Source: Nibricoccus sp. | Lineage (GTDB): Bacteria; Verrucomicrobiota; Verrucomicrobiia; Opitutales; Opitutaceae | Length of the DNA stretch: 64,000 nt | Direction of reading: 5' to 3' | Assembly (NCBI GenBank): GCA_047602425.1 | Contig: JASGHG010000001.1 | Location: 2,144,001 to 2,208,000, forward strand | Shown: positions 8,045 to 18,730 of the stretch, in pieces | Layout: each line of letters begins with the position of its first letter | How positions within the stretch are numbered: the stretch's first letter is position 1 | The notes under the pieces: model-generated | What the model was told of the DNA's origin: nothing | The model's database searches: none | What the model saw: only the letters and a program-made list of their open reading frames with translations | Position numbers and translations under genes: made by a program

Positions 8045-11000
8045 ATGTCTCCCTCCGCCCCTGTCCTTCGCCCGGTCCAAAAACTGATGGCCGCCAATCG
8101 CAGCGAGATCGCCGTGCGCATTTTCCGCGCAGGCACCGAACTGGATCTCCGTACCGTGGCGGTGTTCGCCCAGGAGGACCGCTTTTGCATTCACCGTTAC
8201 AAAGCCGACGAAGCCTACCAAATCGGCGCCGGCAAGGGCCCGGTGGCCGCGTATCTCGACATCGACGGTATCATCGGCCTCGCCAAGGAAAAGGGAATCG
8301 ACGCCATTCATCCGGGCTACGGATTCCTTTCGGAAAATCCAAATTTTGCCCGCGCTTGCGAAAAGGCTGGCATCATCTTCGTTGGCCCACGCTCTGAACT
8401 GCTCGAAATGATGGGCGACAAAACCGCCGCGCGCGCCGTCGCCCAAAAGATCGGCGTTCCCGTTCTTCCCGGCACCGATGAGCCGGTCACCGATCGTGCC
8501 GAAGCATTAAAAATCGCCAAAGAAATCGGTTTCCCGCTCATCATCAAGGCCGCCTTCGGCGGCGGCGGCCGCGGCATGCGCGTCGTACACAAGGCTTCGG
8601 ACCTCGCGTCGCTGCTCGACGAAGCCCAAGGCGAAGCCGAACGCTCCTTCGGCAATGCCGCGGTTTTCCTCGAAAAATACATTCCGCGCGCCAAGCACAT
8701 CGAAGTCCAGATCCTCGGCGACAAACACGGCAACGTCGTCCATCTCCACGAGCGCGATTGCTCCGTGCAACGCCGCCACCAGAAGGTCGTCGAGGTCGCG
8801 CCCAGCTACGGCCTGCCCGACAAGGTCGTCAGCGACCTTTGCGAAGCCGCCGCAAAAATTGCCCGCACCATCCGTTACGACAACGCCGGCACCATCGAAT
8901 TCCTCTACGATTTGGAGCGTCATGAGTGGTTCTTCATCGAGATGAATCCGCGCATCCAGGTCGAGCACACCGTCACCGAGGTGATTACTGGAATCGATCT
9001 CGTGCGCGCTCAGATTTTGATCGCCCAAGGCCACGCTTTGCATTCGCCCGAGGTTGGCTTGCCGCAACAGTCCGATATTCCGCGCAACGGTTTCGCGATC
9101 CAATGCCGCATCACCACCGAGGACCCGGAAAATAAATTCATTCCCGACTACGGCCGCATCCTCGCCTATCGGTCACCCGGCGGCCTCGGTATCCGACTCG
9201 ACGGCGGCATGGGTTTTGCCGGCGCTGTCATCACGCCGTTCTACGATTCGCTCTTGGTTAAACTCATTTCGAGCGGCCAGAGCTACCAACTCGCGATGCA
9301 ACGCACGCGACGCGCACTGTCGGAATTCCGCATCCGCGGCGTGAAGACAAATATTCCGTTTCTCGACAACGTCATCGCGCACCCAACCTTCAGCTCGGGC
9401 CAAGCCATCACAACGCTGATCGACACCACGCCGGAACTCTTCGCTTTCAAGCCGCGCCGCGACCGGGCAACCAAGATCCTCAACTTCATCGGTGACGTCA
9501 CCATCAACGGCAATCCGCACCTCAAAGGTTATCGTCCGAGCAAGCCGTTGCCTGAAGTCGTGCCGCCCGCCTACAATCGCAACGTCGCCCCGCCCGACGG
9601 CACGCGCCAGCTGTTGTTGAAACTCGGTGCAAAAAAATTCGCGGAATGGACGTCCGCACAAAAGCGCCTGCTCGTGACGGACACCACGTTCCGCGACGCC
9701 CACCAATCGCTCATGGCGACGCGCGTCCGCACTTACGACATGCTCGCCTGCGCCGGCCATCTCGCGCACGAGGTTCCCGGCCTCTACTCCCTCGAGCTCT
9801 GGGGCGGCGCCACGTTCGACACTGCAATGCGCTTCCTCAGCGAAGATCCGTGGGATCGTCTCCGTCAACTGCGCGCGCGCGTTCCGAACATCTGCTTCCA
9901 AATGCTATTCCGCGGCGCCAACGCCGTCGGCTACACGAACTACCCGCCATCGGTAGTCGCCGGTTTCGTCAAGCACGCCGCTGCCAGCGGCATGGATATT
10001 TTCCGCATTTTCGACTCATTGAATTACCTGCCCAATCTTCGCGTCGCCATGGACGCCGTGCAGGAGACCCACGCCGTTTGCGAGGCCGCCCTTTGCTACA
10101 CGGGCGACATCCTCGATGAAAGCCGAGACAAGTACTCCCTCCAATATTACATTCGTCTCGCCAAGGAGCTCGAAAAAATGGGCGCCCACGTGCTCGCAAT
10201 CAAGGATATGGCCGGACTCTGCCGCCCCTACGCCGCGCAGAAACTCGTGAAGGCGCTCAAGGAGGAAGTCGGCCTGCCAATCCATTTCCACACGCACGAT
10301 ACGTCCGGAATCGCCGCCGCCTCTGTGCTGCGCGCCACCGACGCCGGAGTCGACGTCGTCGATCTTGCGCTCGCCTCGATGAGCGGCAGCACTTCGCAGC
10401 CCAATCTGAATTCCATCGTGGCCGCGCTTCAGCATACGCCCCGCGACACCAAGCTCCCGCTCGCAACGCTCAACGGTCTTTCTGACTACTGGGAATTGGT
10501 TCGGGAATACTACAAACCCTTCGACACCGCCCCCCGCACCGGTTCCGCCGAAGTCTATCTGCACGAAATGCCCGGCGGCCAGTACACCAACCTTCGCGAG
10601 CAAGCCGCTTCAATGGGCGTCTCGCACCGCTGGCCGGAAATCGCCCGCACCTATGCCGAAGTCAACCAGCTCTTCGGCGACATCGTGAAGGTCACGCCGT
10701 CGTCCAAGGTCGTTGGCGATTTGGCTTTGTTCCTGTTTTCACGCGGCATCAAGCCAGCCGATGTGGTCAACCTCGAACCCGGCTCCATTCCGTTTCCCGA
10801 AAGCGTGCTCGACATGCTCAGCGGCGGATTGGGCTGGCCTGAGGGCGGCTGGCCCGACGCCGTCTCCCGCGTCGTGCTCGGTGAAAAGCGCCACGCCGAG
10901 GCGAAGGAAAAATACAAGGCCTCGCTCAAAAAGTCCGCGCGCACCGCCAACGTTTCAGACGATAACACTCTTGCGAAAGCCCGTGCTGAACTGGCCGCAA

Positions 11001-11557
11001 AGCTCCATCACGAGCCTTCCGACGACGAGTTGTTCTCGCATTTGATGTATCCGCAGGTCTTCGCCGAATTCGCAAAACAGCGCCGCGAATCGGGCGACGT
11101 CAGCGTGCTGCCTACGCCTGCGTTTTTCCACGGTCTCAAGCCCGGCGAGGAAATTTCCGTCGAGATCGAGGAAGGCAAACTGCTCATTATCCGCCTCGTC
11201 AATATCGGTGCGCCCGACAAGGACGGACGCTGCGCAGTCAGCTACGAGCTCAACGGCATGGCGCGCCAAGCCTTCGTCGTCGACCGCAGTGTCGCTCCCA
11301 AAACTAAAGCCCGTCCCAAAGCAGACCTCGCCGACCCGCTGCAAGTCGCCGCGCCGATTCCCGGCCTCATCGCCTTGCTGCCGGTTTCCGTTGGTTCTAA
11401 AGTCGCGAAGGGCGACAAGCTCTTCATGATGGAGGCGATGAAAATGCAGACCACGGTTTACGCGCCAGTCGATGGCGTTGTCGTCGAGCTCAACGTCGCG
11501 CTGGGCGACACAGTGGAAAGCAAAGACCTGTTGGTCCGCCTCAAACCTGCGGGCTGA
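8045..11557 (+). CDS. pyc: Pyruvate carboxylase
   Basis: Biotin carboxylase (ANRSEIA, GGGGRGMR, ERDCSVQRRHQK), carboxyltransferase (RDAHQSL, HFHTHDT) and biotin carrier (EAMKM) in one chain. Confidence 0.97.
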   Translation: MSPSAPVLRPVQKLMAANRSEIAVRIFRAGTELDLRTVAVFAQEDRFCIHRYKADEAYQIGAGKGPVAAYLDIDGIIGLAKEKGIDAIHPGYGFLSENPNFARACEKAGIIFVGPRSELLEMMGDKTAARAVAQKIGVPVLPGTDEPVTDRAEALKIAKEIGFPLIIKAAFGGGGRGMRVVHKASDLASLLDEAQGEAERSFGNAAVFLEKYIPRAKHIEVQILGDKHGNVVHLHERDCSVQRRHQKVVEVAPSYGLPDKVVSDLCEAAAKIARTIRYDNAGTIEFLYDLERHEWFFIEMNPRIQVEHTVTEVITGIDLVRAQILIAQGHALHSPEVGLPQQSDIPRNGFAIQCRITTEDPENKFIPDYGRILAYRSPGGLGIRLDGGMGFAGAVITPFYDSLLVKLISSGQSYQLAMQRTRRALSEFRIRGVKTNIPFLDNVIAHPTFSSGQAITTLIDTTPELFAFKPRRDRATKILNFIGDVTINGNPHLKGYRPSKPLPEVVPPAYNRNVAPPDGTRQLLLKLGAKKFAEWTSAQKRLLVTDTTFRDAHQSLMATRVRTYDMLACAGHLAHEVPGLYSLELWGGATFDTAMRFLSEDPWDRLRQLRARVPNICFQMLFRGANAVGYTNYPPSVVAGFVKHAAASGMDIFRIFDSLNYLPNLRVAMDAVQETHAVCEAALCYTGDILDESRDKYSLQYYIRLAKELEKMGAHVLAIKDMAGLCRPYAAQKLVKALKEEVGLPIHFHTHDTSGIAAASVLRATDAGVDVVDLALASMSGSTSQPNLNSIVAALQHTPRDTKLPLATLNGLSDYWELVREYYKPFDTAPRTGSAEVYLHEMPGGQYTNLREQAASMGVSHRWPEIARTYAEVNQLFGDIVKVTPSSKVVGDLALFLFSRGIKPADVVNLEPGSIPFPESVLDMLSGGLGWPEGGWPDAVSRVVLGEKRHAEAKEKYKASLKKSARTANVSDDNTLAKARAELAAKLHHEPSDDELFSHLMYPQVFAEFAKQRRESGDVSVLPTPAFFHGLKPGEEISVEIEEGKLLIIRLVNIGAPDKDGRCAVSYELNGMARQAFVVDRSVAPKTKARPKADLADPLQVAAPIPGLIALLPVSVGSKVAKGDKLFMMEAMKMQTTVYAPVDGVVVELNVALGDTVESKDLLVRLKPAG

Positions 11558-11699
11558 GTTTTATTCGCAGAAGATCCTTTTTTGCCGAGCTCGCTTCGGT
11601 TTGGTTGCAGGACGCTTTATGCCGCGAAGATTTCGAAATCGCGGCAAAAAGCCGTGCCCACAGTTTTGACAACAACCTCAGGACCCATCCAAGGCGTCT

Positions 11700-14600
11700 C
11701 TATTCGGTCACGATTTCAAATTCTGCGAGCGCGGCCGAAGGATATTCCTTGTCGACACCCGTAAGGGCGACAAAGCGAATGAGCTTCATTTCCAGTGGCG
11801 TGGGGAACAGCAAGGTCTTCACTTCCATGCCCGGGTCGAGCGTGCCCTTGAGCACGGGTTCGCCCCAGTCGAGGCCATCGCGACTGACGTAGACCGCGTA
11901 GTCCTTGATGCCGCCCTCGACGTTGCCGTCCTGTCGCGGAAGGATTTTGCAGCCCTTGGCTACGAGTAGTGTGGGGAATTCGATCACAAACTCGTGCGGG
12001 AATTTCGGCGCCCCGTCGTTCCACGGAGTTTGCCAGGCGCTGTCAGGCTTGCCATCGATCAAGTTCGCAGCCGGCCGCGAAGCGTTTTCGCTGTCCACGC
12101 GTGCAACTTTCGCGCCGAGTTTCTGCATGATGCCGACGATCGCGGGTGCAAATATTTTGTCGATAATCGCTATCTCCAGTTTCTGCTTTGGCGCAAACGC
12201 TGGCGAACCCACATAAGCGTAAAGACTGCGCAGGAACTGGGCTGCCGCCGGGCGTTTTTCGAGTTCTTCCGTCAGGTTGATCGAACAAACCAGCAAGCGG
12301 CCTGCGCCAACCTGCGCCTCCCAGACGTTTGCGAGGCGGTCATTGCGACTGAAATTGTCGATCACGCGGACCAAAGGCTGAAAATCGGCCGGTGCGTCGT
12401 TGAGCACGAATGTGCCCGAACGATTCATCAAATCCCACCACTGCCAGTTGGCATAAAACTCCGTCGGGAATTGCGCGAAGAGAGGATGTTTCGGCTCGCA
12501 CAAAATACTCATGGTCCCCGGATCGGACTTGAACCACACCGGGCTCCAGAAGACCGGCTTGAACGAACCCTTCTTCCAACCGGCGAAAGTGCCCTGCGGG
12601 AAAAGCAAAACTTTTTCTCCGCGGGAGAGCGCCGCCGCCGTCGCTTCATTCCACTGCGTCGCAATAGTCACACCCGCGGGAACGGGCAGAGTATCCGTTT
12701 TTGGATACACCCAAATTTCCCAGGAGTTGCGGTGCTTGGTGCCAACGAGCTCCACCGTGACGGTTAGTTTGCCAGGAGCAGCGGCCTTTGCGAACGAGGC
12801 GTCGAAGGAACCGAACGAAGTCAACCCGCCAGTCGAAATCGTTTTCGCGGGCAACGTACCCGAGGCGATCTCGCGTTTGTTCTCATCCGCAATGCTCCAG
12901 CGTGCGACAATGCCGTTGAGCGCAGTGGCGCCGAAATGCGAAACATCCAGTTCGGCGGTGAATTTCTCGTTCACGAAGTATGTGCGCTTTTTCATGCGCA
13001 GGAGCGGCACCGTGACATCACAGAACTCGCGGAATTTTTCCTCGGCGATCAGTCCCTTGCTGTCCCAGAATGGATCGAGAATGCCAACGAGGGCCGTGCC
13101 CTGCCCCGGATAATCCTGCAAGTCCAACAACTGGAAACCGGCAAGCCCAGGCGTGCGCAAATCCTGCTCGATTTCCTCCTTGTACAAGAGCAGCGACTGC
13201 TGTCCGGTGGCCGCGAAAAATTGCGGCGCGAGTGCGAGCATGCCTTTCGCAGCAAGCGCATCCCGAACGAGGTCGAAATTCGCCGGGCGGACGACACCTG
13301 TGTATTTTTTCGCTTCGTCGAAATTCGGAAAGACAGAGTACTGTCCCACCTCGTGCGCAATGACCGGATGCGGGTCTTCGGCGACCACGCGGCGAAAATC
13401 GGCCTCGGTGCCATCGCTGCGAACTCCGCGCGCCTTGCTGAGCACGGTGAACTGCCGGTTGTCGGTCAAAATGCCGAAGCCGTAGGTGGACATCGAATAT
13501 TTGCGACGCGGGTCGGAGGCCACGCACTCGTCGACCATCAGCTCAAGCGGTTTCTTGCGGCCACGCAGCTCGTTGCCAGGCGTGAGCAACACGAAGGAAG
13601 GATGATTGCCATAAATGCGGAGAATGCGGCGCAACTCCTCCGCAATAAATGCGTCGCGCTCCGGTATCGGGCCGGTGGGAACGTTGGCGATGGGTCCCTC
13701 GGGTTGAAGGAAAATACCTAACTCATCGGCTGCGACAAATGCCGCCTCAGGCGGGCACCAGGAGTGATAACGCACGTGGTTTAGACCATAGGCTTTGTGA
13801 ACGTTGAAGATGCGCTTCCAGCCGGCGACATCCATCGCCGGGGCACCGGTGAGCGGAAAGATCGCGTTCTCAACGTTGCCGCGCAGAAAAAGCGGCCTCC
13901 CGTTGAGCGTAAACTGCGAACCGTTGATCGCAAAATCGCGCAGGCCGAAGGGGAAAACGCGAGAGTCGTTGCACGCAACGGCGCCCGTTGTCGCGACGCT
14001 CGCATAAAGGTCGTGCATCACCGGCGAAAACTCATCCCACAACCGCGCACCATCGCCAAGAGCAATTTCCGCGGAGAGTTCGAGCGATTGCTCGGGGCAA
14101 TCCACGTCGAGCGATACGCGTGCAATTTCCTTATCGAGTCCGCGATCCTTCACCGCGAGCGCCAGTCGGCCCTTGGCCGCAGCGCCGGAGGTGTTGGAGA
14201 GCCGAGCGCGGACTTTGATTTTCCGCTCCGAGGCATTGGGATAAATTTGCAGGTCGTCGATGGAGACGAGGTCGATGGCGCTAAGTTCGATACGTCCTAT
14301 AATGCCAGCCCAGTTGGTCTGCGTGCCGTCGTAGTTGATGTGGACGAAGCGACCGAGATCGTACTTGAGCGTGTTATCAGCACGGATGGTCAGCCGGTGC
14401 TTGCCGGGAGCGAGCGTTTGGCCGAGTTCGTACTCGTGCGGCGTCACAAGGCTGTCGCGAGAACCCAAGTCATTTCCGTCGAGCCAGACCTGCGTGGTCC
14501 AGTGATTGCGTTCGAGCAGGAGTTTGACGCGCTTGCCGCTCCAGGAGGGGGGAATTTCGATGGTGCGTTCAAACCAAGCTGGACCCGTGTAGGTGATCGG

Positions 14601-14882
14601 TCGATACAAGCCGGCCAGTGATGGCGCGACCGTGTTTGGAATGCCGATACCGGCTTGATCGGTCGTGCCCGGTAAAGTGATGACGGGCTTGTGGCCGCTG
14701 GCTTGGATTGGCAAACCAGCGGTCGGCCAGCCGGCGGAGACGCCCTCGTTTTTTGCGTCGAGGCGGATCTGCCATTCCCCCGCAAGCGAACTGCTTCGAA
14801 CCTGGAAGTCGGACGCCATCAAGGGGCCGAATACGAAAAATAGAGACAGCAAGGCTATACAAAAGGACGCACGGGGAGGCAT
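11700..14882 (-). CDS. Secreted glycoside hydrolase family 2 protein with C-terminal discoidin (F5/8, CBM32-like) domain
   Basis: Signal-like N-terminus; FGLRDF, KAYGLNHVRYHSWCP, YGNHPSF..GNEL, HEVGQ; C-terminal NLIDG..SAW..PHEFVIEF..LAEF. Confidence 0.85.
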   Translation of the reverse strand: MPPRASFCIALLSLFFVFGPLMASDFQVRSSSLAGEWQIRLDAKNEGVSAGWPTAGLPIQASGHKPVITLPGTTDQAGIGIPNTVAPSLAGLYRPITYTGPAWFERTIEIPPSWSGKRVKLLLERNHWTTQVWLDGNDLGSRDSLVTPHEYELGQTLAPGKHRLTIRADNTLKYDLGRFVHINYDGTQTNWAGIIGRIELSAIDLVSIDDLQIYPNASERKIKVRARLSNTSGAAAKGRLALAVKDRGLDKEIARVSLDVDCPEQSLELSAEIALGDGARLWDEFSPVMHDLYASVATTGAVACNDSRVFPFGLRDFAINGSQFTLNGRPLFLRGNVENAIFPLTGAPAMDVAGWKRIFNVHKAYGLNHVRYHSWCPPEAAFVAADELGIFLQPEGPIANVPTGPIPERDAFIAEELRRILRIYGNHPSFVLLTPGNELRGRKKPLELMVDECVASDPRRKYSMSTYGFGILTDNRQFTVLSKARGVRSDGTEADFRRVVAEDPHPVIAHEVGQYSVFPNFDEAKKYTGVVRPANFDLVRDALAAKGMLALAPQFFAATGQQSLLLYKEEIEQDLRTPGLAGFQLLDLQDYPGQGTALVGILDPFWDSKGLIAEEKFREFCDVTVPLLRMKKRTYFVNEKFTAELDVSHFGATALNGIVARWSIADENKREIASGTLPAKTISTGGLTSFGSFDASFAKAAAPGKLTVTVELVGTKHRNSWEIWVYPKTDTLPVPAGVTIATQWNEATAAALSRGEKVLLFPQGTFAGWKKGSFKPVFWSPVWFKSDPGTMSILCEPKHPLFAQFPTEFYANWQWWDLMNRSGTFVLNDAPADFQPLVRVIDNFSRNDRLANVWEAQVGAGRLLVCSINLTEELEKRPAAAQFLRSLYAYVGSPAFAPKQKLEIAIIDKIFAPAIVGIMQKLGAKVARVDSENASRPAANLIDGKPDSAWQTPWNDGAPKFPHEFVIEFPTLLVAKGCKILPRQDGNVEGGIKDYAVYVSRDGLDWGEPVLKGTLDPGMEVKTLLFPTPLEMKLIRFVALTGVDKEYPSAALAEFEIVTE

Positions 14883-15143
14883 GGCAGCCCAGTTCAACTC
14901 AACCGTGCGCGACAAGCGAGCAGACCCGCTGGGGATCTTCTAGGGATAGAATCTTACAGTCAGAAGGCATTGCCTAACGGATCGGCTTTATCTCTTCGTT
15001 TCGGCGCCGCGACATTCCCCCATCAATAGTGCCGATGGCGCCCTTCTCCCACGGCTGCGGGCCCAACCAGCCATCCTGTTTTTTGCCCGTTTGTGGAGTT
15101 CGGGCTGTATCGGCAATGGTTTATCGCCTGAATCGTTTGCTGC

Positions 15144-16106
15144 ATGAGAACGTTTCTCCTTCGCCTGGTCATTCTCGGGATCTTGCTGCTTCAAGCCGCC
15201 GGGTTGCAGGCTGAGCCGGCCGCGGCGTCGGCAATGACCGGGCTGACGTTTTCAAACGAAGTCATCCTATCCAGCGACACCGAGCTCAAAGCCGGCGATT
15301 CCAAATACCAGCACGTCTCTTTCGTTCATTCCAATTGGAGCGTCGCCAAAACCATCTCTGTGGGACAAACGGGAAATCTCGTTCTCGGTCTCAACTACAA
15401 CCTATCGACGCGGCGCGTGACCGAACCGTCGGATTGGGAAGATGACGATTTTTGGGAGGAATACAAAAAAACCCACCCGGATTGGAAACGAGTGCCAATT
15501 CCGAAACTCCTGCAATCACTCACCGCCTCGGTCGAATATACCCGCCAAGTAAGCGACGATTGGTCGCTGACCACAAACGTCTCCGGCGGCAGCCATGTGG
15601 CCGGAAAAAAACTGGGGGCAAATGGTTGGGGCGTTTCAGCCAGCGTCATGGGACTCTATAAATGGAATAGCGATGTTACGGTCGCGGTGGGCGCGGCCTA
15701 CGATTCGCTTTCACACGATTACCGCTTTGTGCCACTGGTCGGCGTCGACTGGCAGATTAACGAAAAATGGTCCGCCGCGATTGGCTTTCCGGCCACGGCC
15801 GTCACCTATGCCATGACCAAAAGATTTGCCATGGCGATCGAGGTCTCAGGTTCCGGGGGAACCTTTCATGTGCAGGAAGAGCCGGACGCCGGCATCGCCG
15901 GTCGTCCGCTCGCTGGCTCGAAGTTGGAAACAACCGAAGTGCGCCTCGGCTACAAGGTCGGCTGGAAAATCAATGACCGATTTTCCATTAGCGCAACCAC
16001 CGGCCACGTGCTGTATCGCGAATTCAAATACGTCGACCGCGACTATCGACTCAAGTCGCACGACGTAGCCGCCTTTGGCGCCATTTCCGGCAGCATCTCC
16101 TTCTGA
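15144..16106 (+). CDS. Outer-membrane beta-barrel protein (DUF6268-like)
   Basis: Signal peptide, amphipathic strands, VPLVGVDWQIN..GFP, C-terminal Phe. Confidence 0.7.
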   Translation: MRTFLLRLVILGILLLQAAGLQAEPAAASAMTGLTFSNEVILSSDTELKAGDSKYQHVSFVHSNWSVAKTISVGQTGNLVLGLNYNLSTRRVTEPSDWEDDDFWEEYKKTHPDWKRVPIPKLLQSLTASVEYTRQVSDDWSLTTNVSGGSHVAGKKLGANGWGVSASVMGLYKWNSDVTVAVGAAYDSLSHDYRFVPLVGVDWQINEKWSAAIGFPATAVTYAMTKRFAMAIEVSGSGGTFHVQEEPDAGIAGRPLAGSKLETTEVRLGYKVGWKINDRFSISATTGHVLYREFKYVDRDYRLKSHDVAAFGAISGSISF

Positions 16107-16108
16107 CG

Positions 16109-16759
16109 ATGGACGCGCTGCCGCAACTTTCCACAACTCGCGCCCAAACACAACGTCTGGCGCGAAGCGTTTTTCGAATGGTGACTCTGTCGTGGACCTG
16201 TGCGTCATTGCGACTTTTTGCAACAGAGCCCGCTCCCTTGCAGGAGACGCTTGGTAAAACCCAGGCCGTTGCGCACGTCCGCGTGATTAAACTATCCGAG
16301 GAATTGCAGGAAAATGCCGTTCAGCACGTCGCCACGCTTGCGCTGTGCGGGCGGTCCGCGGGGCTCGGCGAACTCAAGGAACTCGCCACGCATTTTTTCC
16401 CTCCGTCCGTGCCTCAACCGGATAAGAATACCAAGGAAGTCATTCCCGGTGAGCCCATCTTCGTCATCGGCAGTCGCTGTATCGTGCTCCTCATCTGGAA
16501 AAACAATCGGTGGGAAACCCTCCGCCGGCTAAAGGTAACGGAAGAGGGCATGTTCGATGAAGAAGGGATTGGCCAGGACATCGGTTTGAAACCAGGAATC
16601 AGCGCGGACAACGTCGTGCAACTTATCAGCGCAAAAATCAAAAACCAGGGTCAGCCTTCGAAAGACCGGCCTAAACCACCACCTACCGCTAGAAATCAAC
16701 CTTGGAACCTCATGCGAGCGTCGCCCTTGCGCCGCGTTTGGCCGTTTTTTCCACGATAA
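16109..16759 (+). CDS. Hypothetical protein, possibly exported
   Basis: Fills the gap between two co-directional genes; no recognisable motif; start uncertain. Confidence 0.6.
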   Translation: MDALPQLSTTRAQTQRLARSVFRMVTLSWTCASLRLFATEPAPLQETLGKTQAVAHVRVIKLSEELQENAVQHVATLALCGRSAGLGELKELATHFFPPSVPQPDKNTKEVIPGEPIFVIGSRCIVLLIWKNNRWETLRRLKVTEEGMFDEEGIGQDIGLKPGISADNVVQLISAKIKNQGQPSKDRPKPPPTARNQPWNLMRASPLRRVWPFFPR

Positions 16760-16770
16760 TTCGCAGCCCC

Positions 16771-17898
16771 ATGCGTTCCCGCTTCTTTCCTCCCGCAGAC
16801 GAAAAATCGCACCCCTGGCAACGGCGCTGGCTGGGCAGCGGTCGCTACTGGTTGTTCCAAATGGGCGGTTGGGGCGTCTTCTGGGTGGTTCTTTCTCTAG
16901 GAAGCCTGACGTCTGGTTCGGGAGAAGCCGCGCTTCGGCACGAGCTCGTTGCGCAAACGCTGCTTACTCTCTCATTGCTCGTCTGCTCCCATTTGCTCCG
17001 GCTGCTCGTCCTTTTTCTTCGTCGCAGCGACCTGCCGGCCTGGGGGTTTTTGCCAGGTTTGATGGCCGCCACCCTCGCCACCGGCACGGCCGTATCCGGC
17101 TCCTGGGTGTATTGGTCCAGCACCTACATCGCGTTGGCAGACACGCCGCAGGAACAGGAACTGATGTTTCCCTATTTTGTCTTTTTGCTCGGCATGACGC
17201 TTCTGCTGACGGTCTGGGTTGCCCTGTATTTCGGCTATCATTCCTATACCCGCTATCAGCAAAGCATGGTCGAAGGTCTGCAACTCGCGAGCGCGATCAA
17301 GGACGCCGAGGTCCGCGCGCTGCGGGCACAAATCAACCCGCATTTTCTTTTTAACAGCCTCAATACTTTACGCGCATTGATCCCGCGCAATCTCGACCGG
17401 CCTCGCGAAGCGATCACGCTGCTGGCCGACATGCTTCGGGCCAGCCTTACCGTGGGGCAACAACGAACCATCACCCTGGCCCAGGAACTTGAGACGGTGC
17501 GCAATTACCTCGCGCTCGAACAGCTCCGCTTCGAGGAACGTCTCCGCGTGCGCCTCGATATCGAGCCCGCCACCTGCACCTACTTTCTTCCGCCTTTCGT
17601 GCTTCAAACCCTCGTTGAAAATGCGCTCAAGTTCGGCGTCGCGCCCTTCGAGGCGGGCGGAGAGATTCACATTACGACTCGATTGCAGGACCAGTCCCTC
17701 TTGCTGATCGTGAAAAATCAAGGCGTGCTCAACGCCGCGAGTTCCAGCACCGGTCTAGGCCTAACGAATGCCCGCTCACGACTTCACCTGCTCTGCGGAC
17801 CCAATGCCACCATTGCACTCACTCAGGAGGATTCCTGGGTCGTCGCTCGACTAACCATTCCCCAGTATCTTGTTCCTAGCAATAGTCTCCACTCATGA
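16771..17898 (+). CDS. LytS/YehU-type membrane sensor histidine kinase
   Basis: LRAQINPHFLFNSLN, LQTLVENALKFG, TGLGLTN; four N-terminal TM helices. Confidence 0.93.
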   Translation: MRSRFFPPADEKSHPWQRRWLGSGRYWLFQMGGWGVFWVVLSLGSLTSGSGEAALRHELVAQTLLTLSLLVCSHLLRLLVLFLRRSDLPAWGFLPGLMAATLATGTAVSGSWVYWSSTYIALADTPQEQELMFPYFVFLLGMTLLLTVWVALYFGYHSYTRYQQSMVEGLQLASAIKDAEVRALRAQINPHFLFNSLNTLRALIPRNLDRPREAITLLADMLRASLTVGQQRTITLAQELETVRNYLALEQLRFEERLRVRLDIEPATCTYFLPPFVLQTLVENALKFGVAPFEAGGEIHITTRLQDQSLLLIVKNQGVLNAASSSTGLGLTNARSRLHLLCGPNATIALTQEDSWVVARLTIPQYLVPSNSLHS

Positions 17899-18626
17899 AA
17901 GCTGTCATCATCGACGACGAACGTCCCGCGCGGCAGGAATTGCGAACCCTGCTTGAAGATCATCCTTCCATTGAAATTTGCGGCGAAGCGGAAAACGTCA
18001 GCGCTGCCCTCCGGCTGATTGCGAAGGAAAAACCCGACCTTCTCTTTCTCGATATACAAATGCCAGGGAAAACAGGCTTCGATCTCCTCGAGGAGCTTCC
18101 CGCACCCCACCCGTACATCGTCTTCACTACCGCTTACGACGAATATGCCGTGCGCGCCTTCGAAATCAACGCGCTCGATTACCTCATGAAGCCGATCAAT
18201 CCAAAGCGGCTCCAAACTGCGCTCGATCGCCTGCTGGACCGCCAGATCGTGAACGCAGACTCGCCCGATTCCGCCACAGCCGCCGGGCCTTGGACCGAAG
18301 AGGATCGCGTGTTCGTCCGTGAACATGACCGATGCTGGTTTGTACCGCTAAAATCCGTGCGCCTGATCGAGTCCGAAGGCAATCATTCGCGCATCCATTT
18401 TGAGCACGAGCAGCCCCTGCTGCACCGCACACTCGGATCATTGGAGGAAAAATTGCCGGCCAAAATCTTTCTGCGCGCGAATCGCGCCCAAATTGTGAAT
18501 CTTTCCTTCGTCGATACGATCGAGCCGTGGTTCAGCGGCAGCCTCAAGGTCAAGCTCCGTGACGGTTCCGAAGTCGAATTCTCCCGTCGCCAGGCCCAGC
18601 TCTTTCGCGAGCGCATGAGCCTGTAG
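17895..18626 (+). CDS. LytTR-family response regulator
   Basis: IIDDE..FLDIQMP..TAYDEYA..DYLMKP receiver; C-terminal FLRANRAQIVN LytTR domain. Confidence 0.95.
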   Translation: MKAVIIDDERPARQELRTLLEDHPSIEICGEAENVSAALRLIAKEKPDLLFLDIQMPGKTGFDLLEELPAPHPYIVFTTAYDEYAVRAFEINALDYLMKPINPKRLQTALDRLLDRQIVNADSPDSATAAGPWTEEDRVFVREHDRCWFVPLKSVRLIESEGNHSRIHFEHEQPLLHRTLGSLEEKLPAKIFLRANRAQIVNLSFVDTIEPWFSGSLKVKLRDGSEVEFSRRQAQLFRERMSL

Positions 18627-18677
18627 CTCAAGCCGACCGAACTCATGCTTATCGCTTTTTCGGCGTACCGAGTCATG

Positions 18678-18705
18678 AAAAAAGCCCGGTCGAACGACCG
18701 GGCTT
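18678..18705 (-). terminator. Terminator for kduD (possibly bidirectional)
   Basis: aagcccggtcg-aa-cgaccgggctt hairpin with an A-run on the left. Confidence 0.8.
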
Positions 18706-18730
18706 GGAGATAGAAAAAGTTTTGGTTCGT

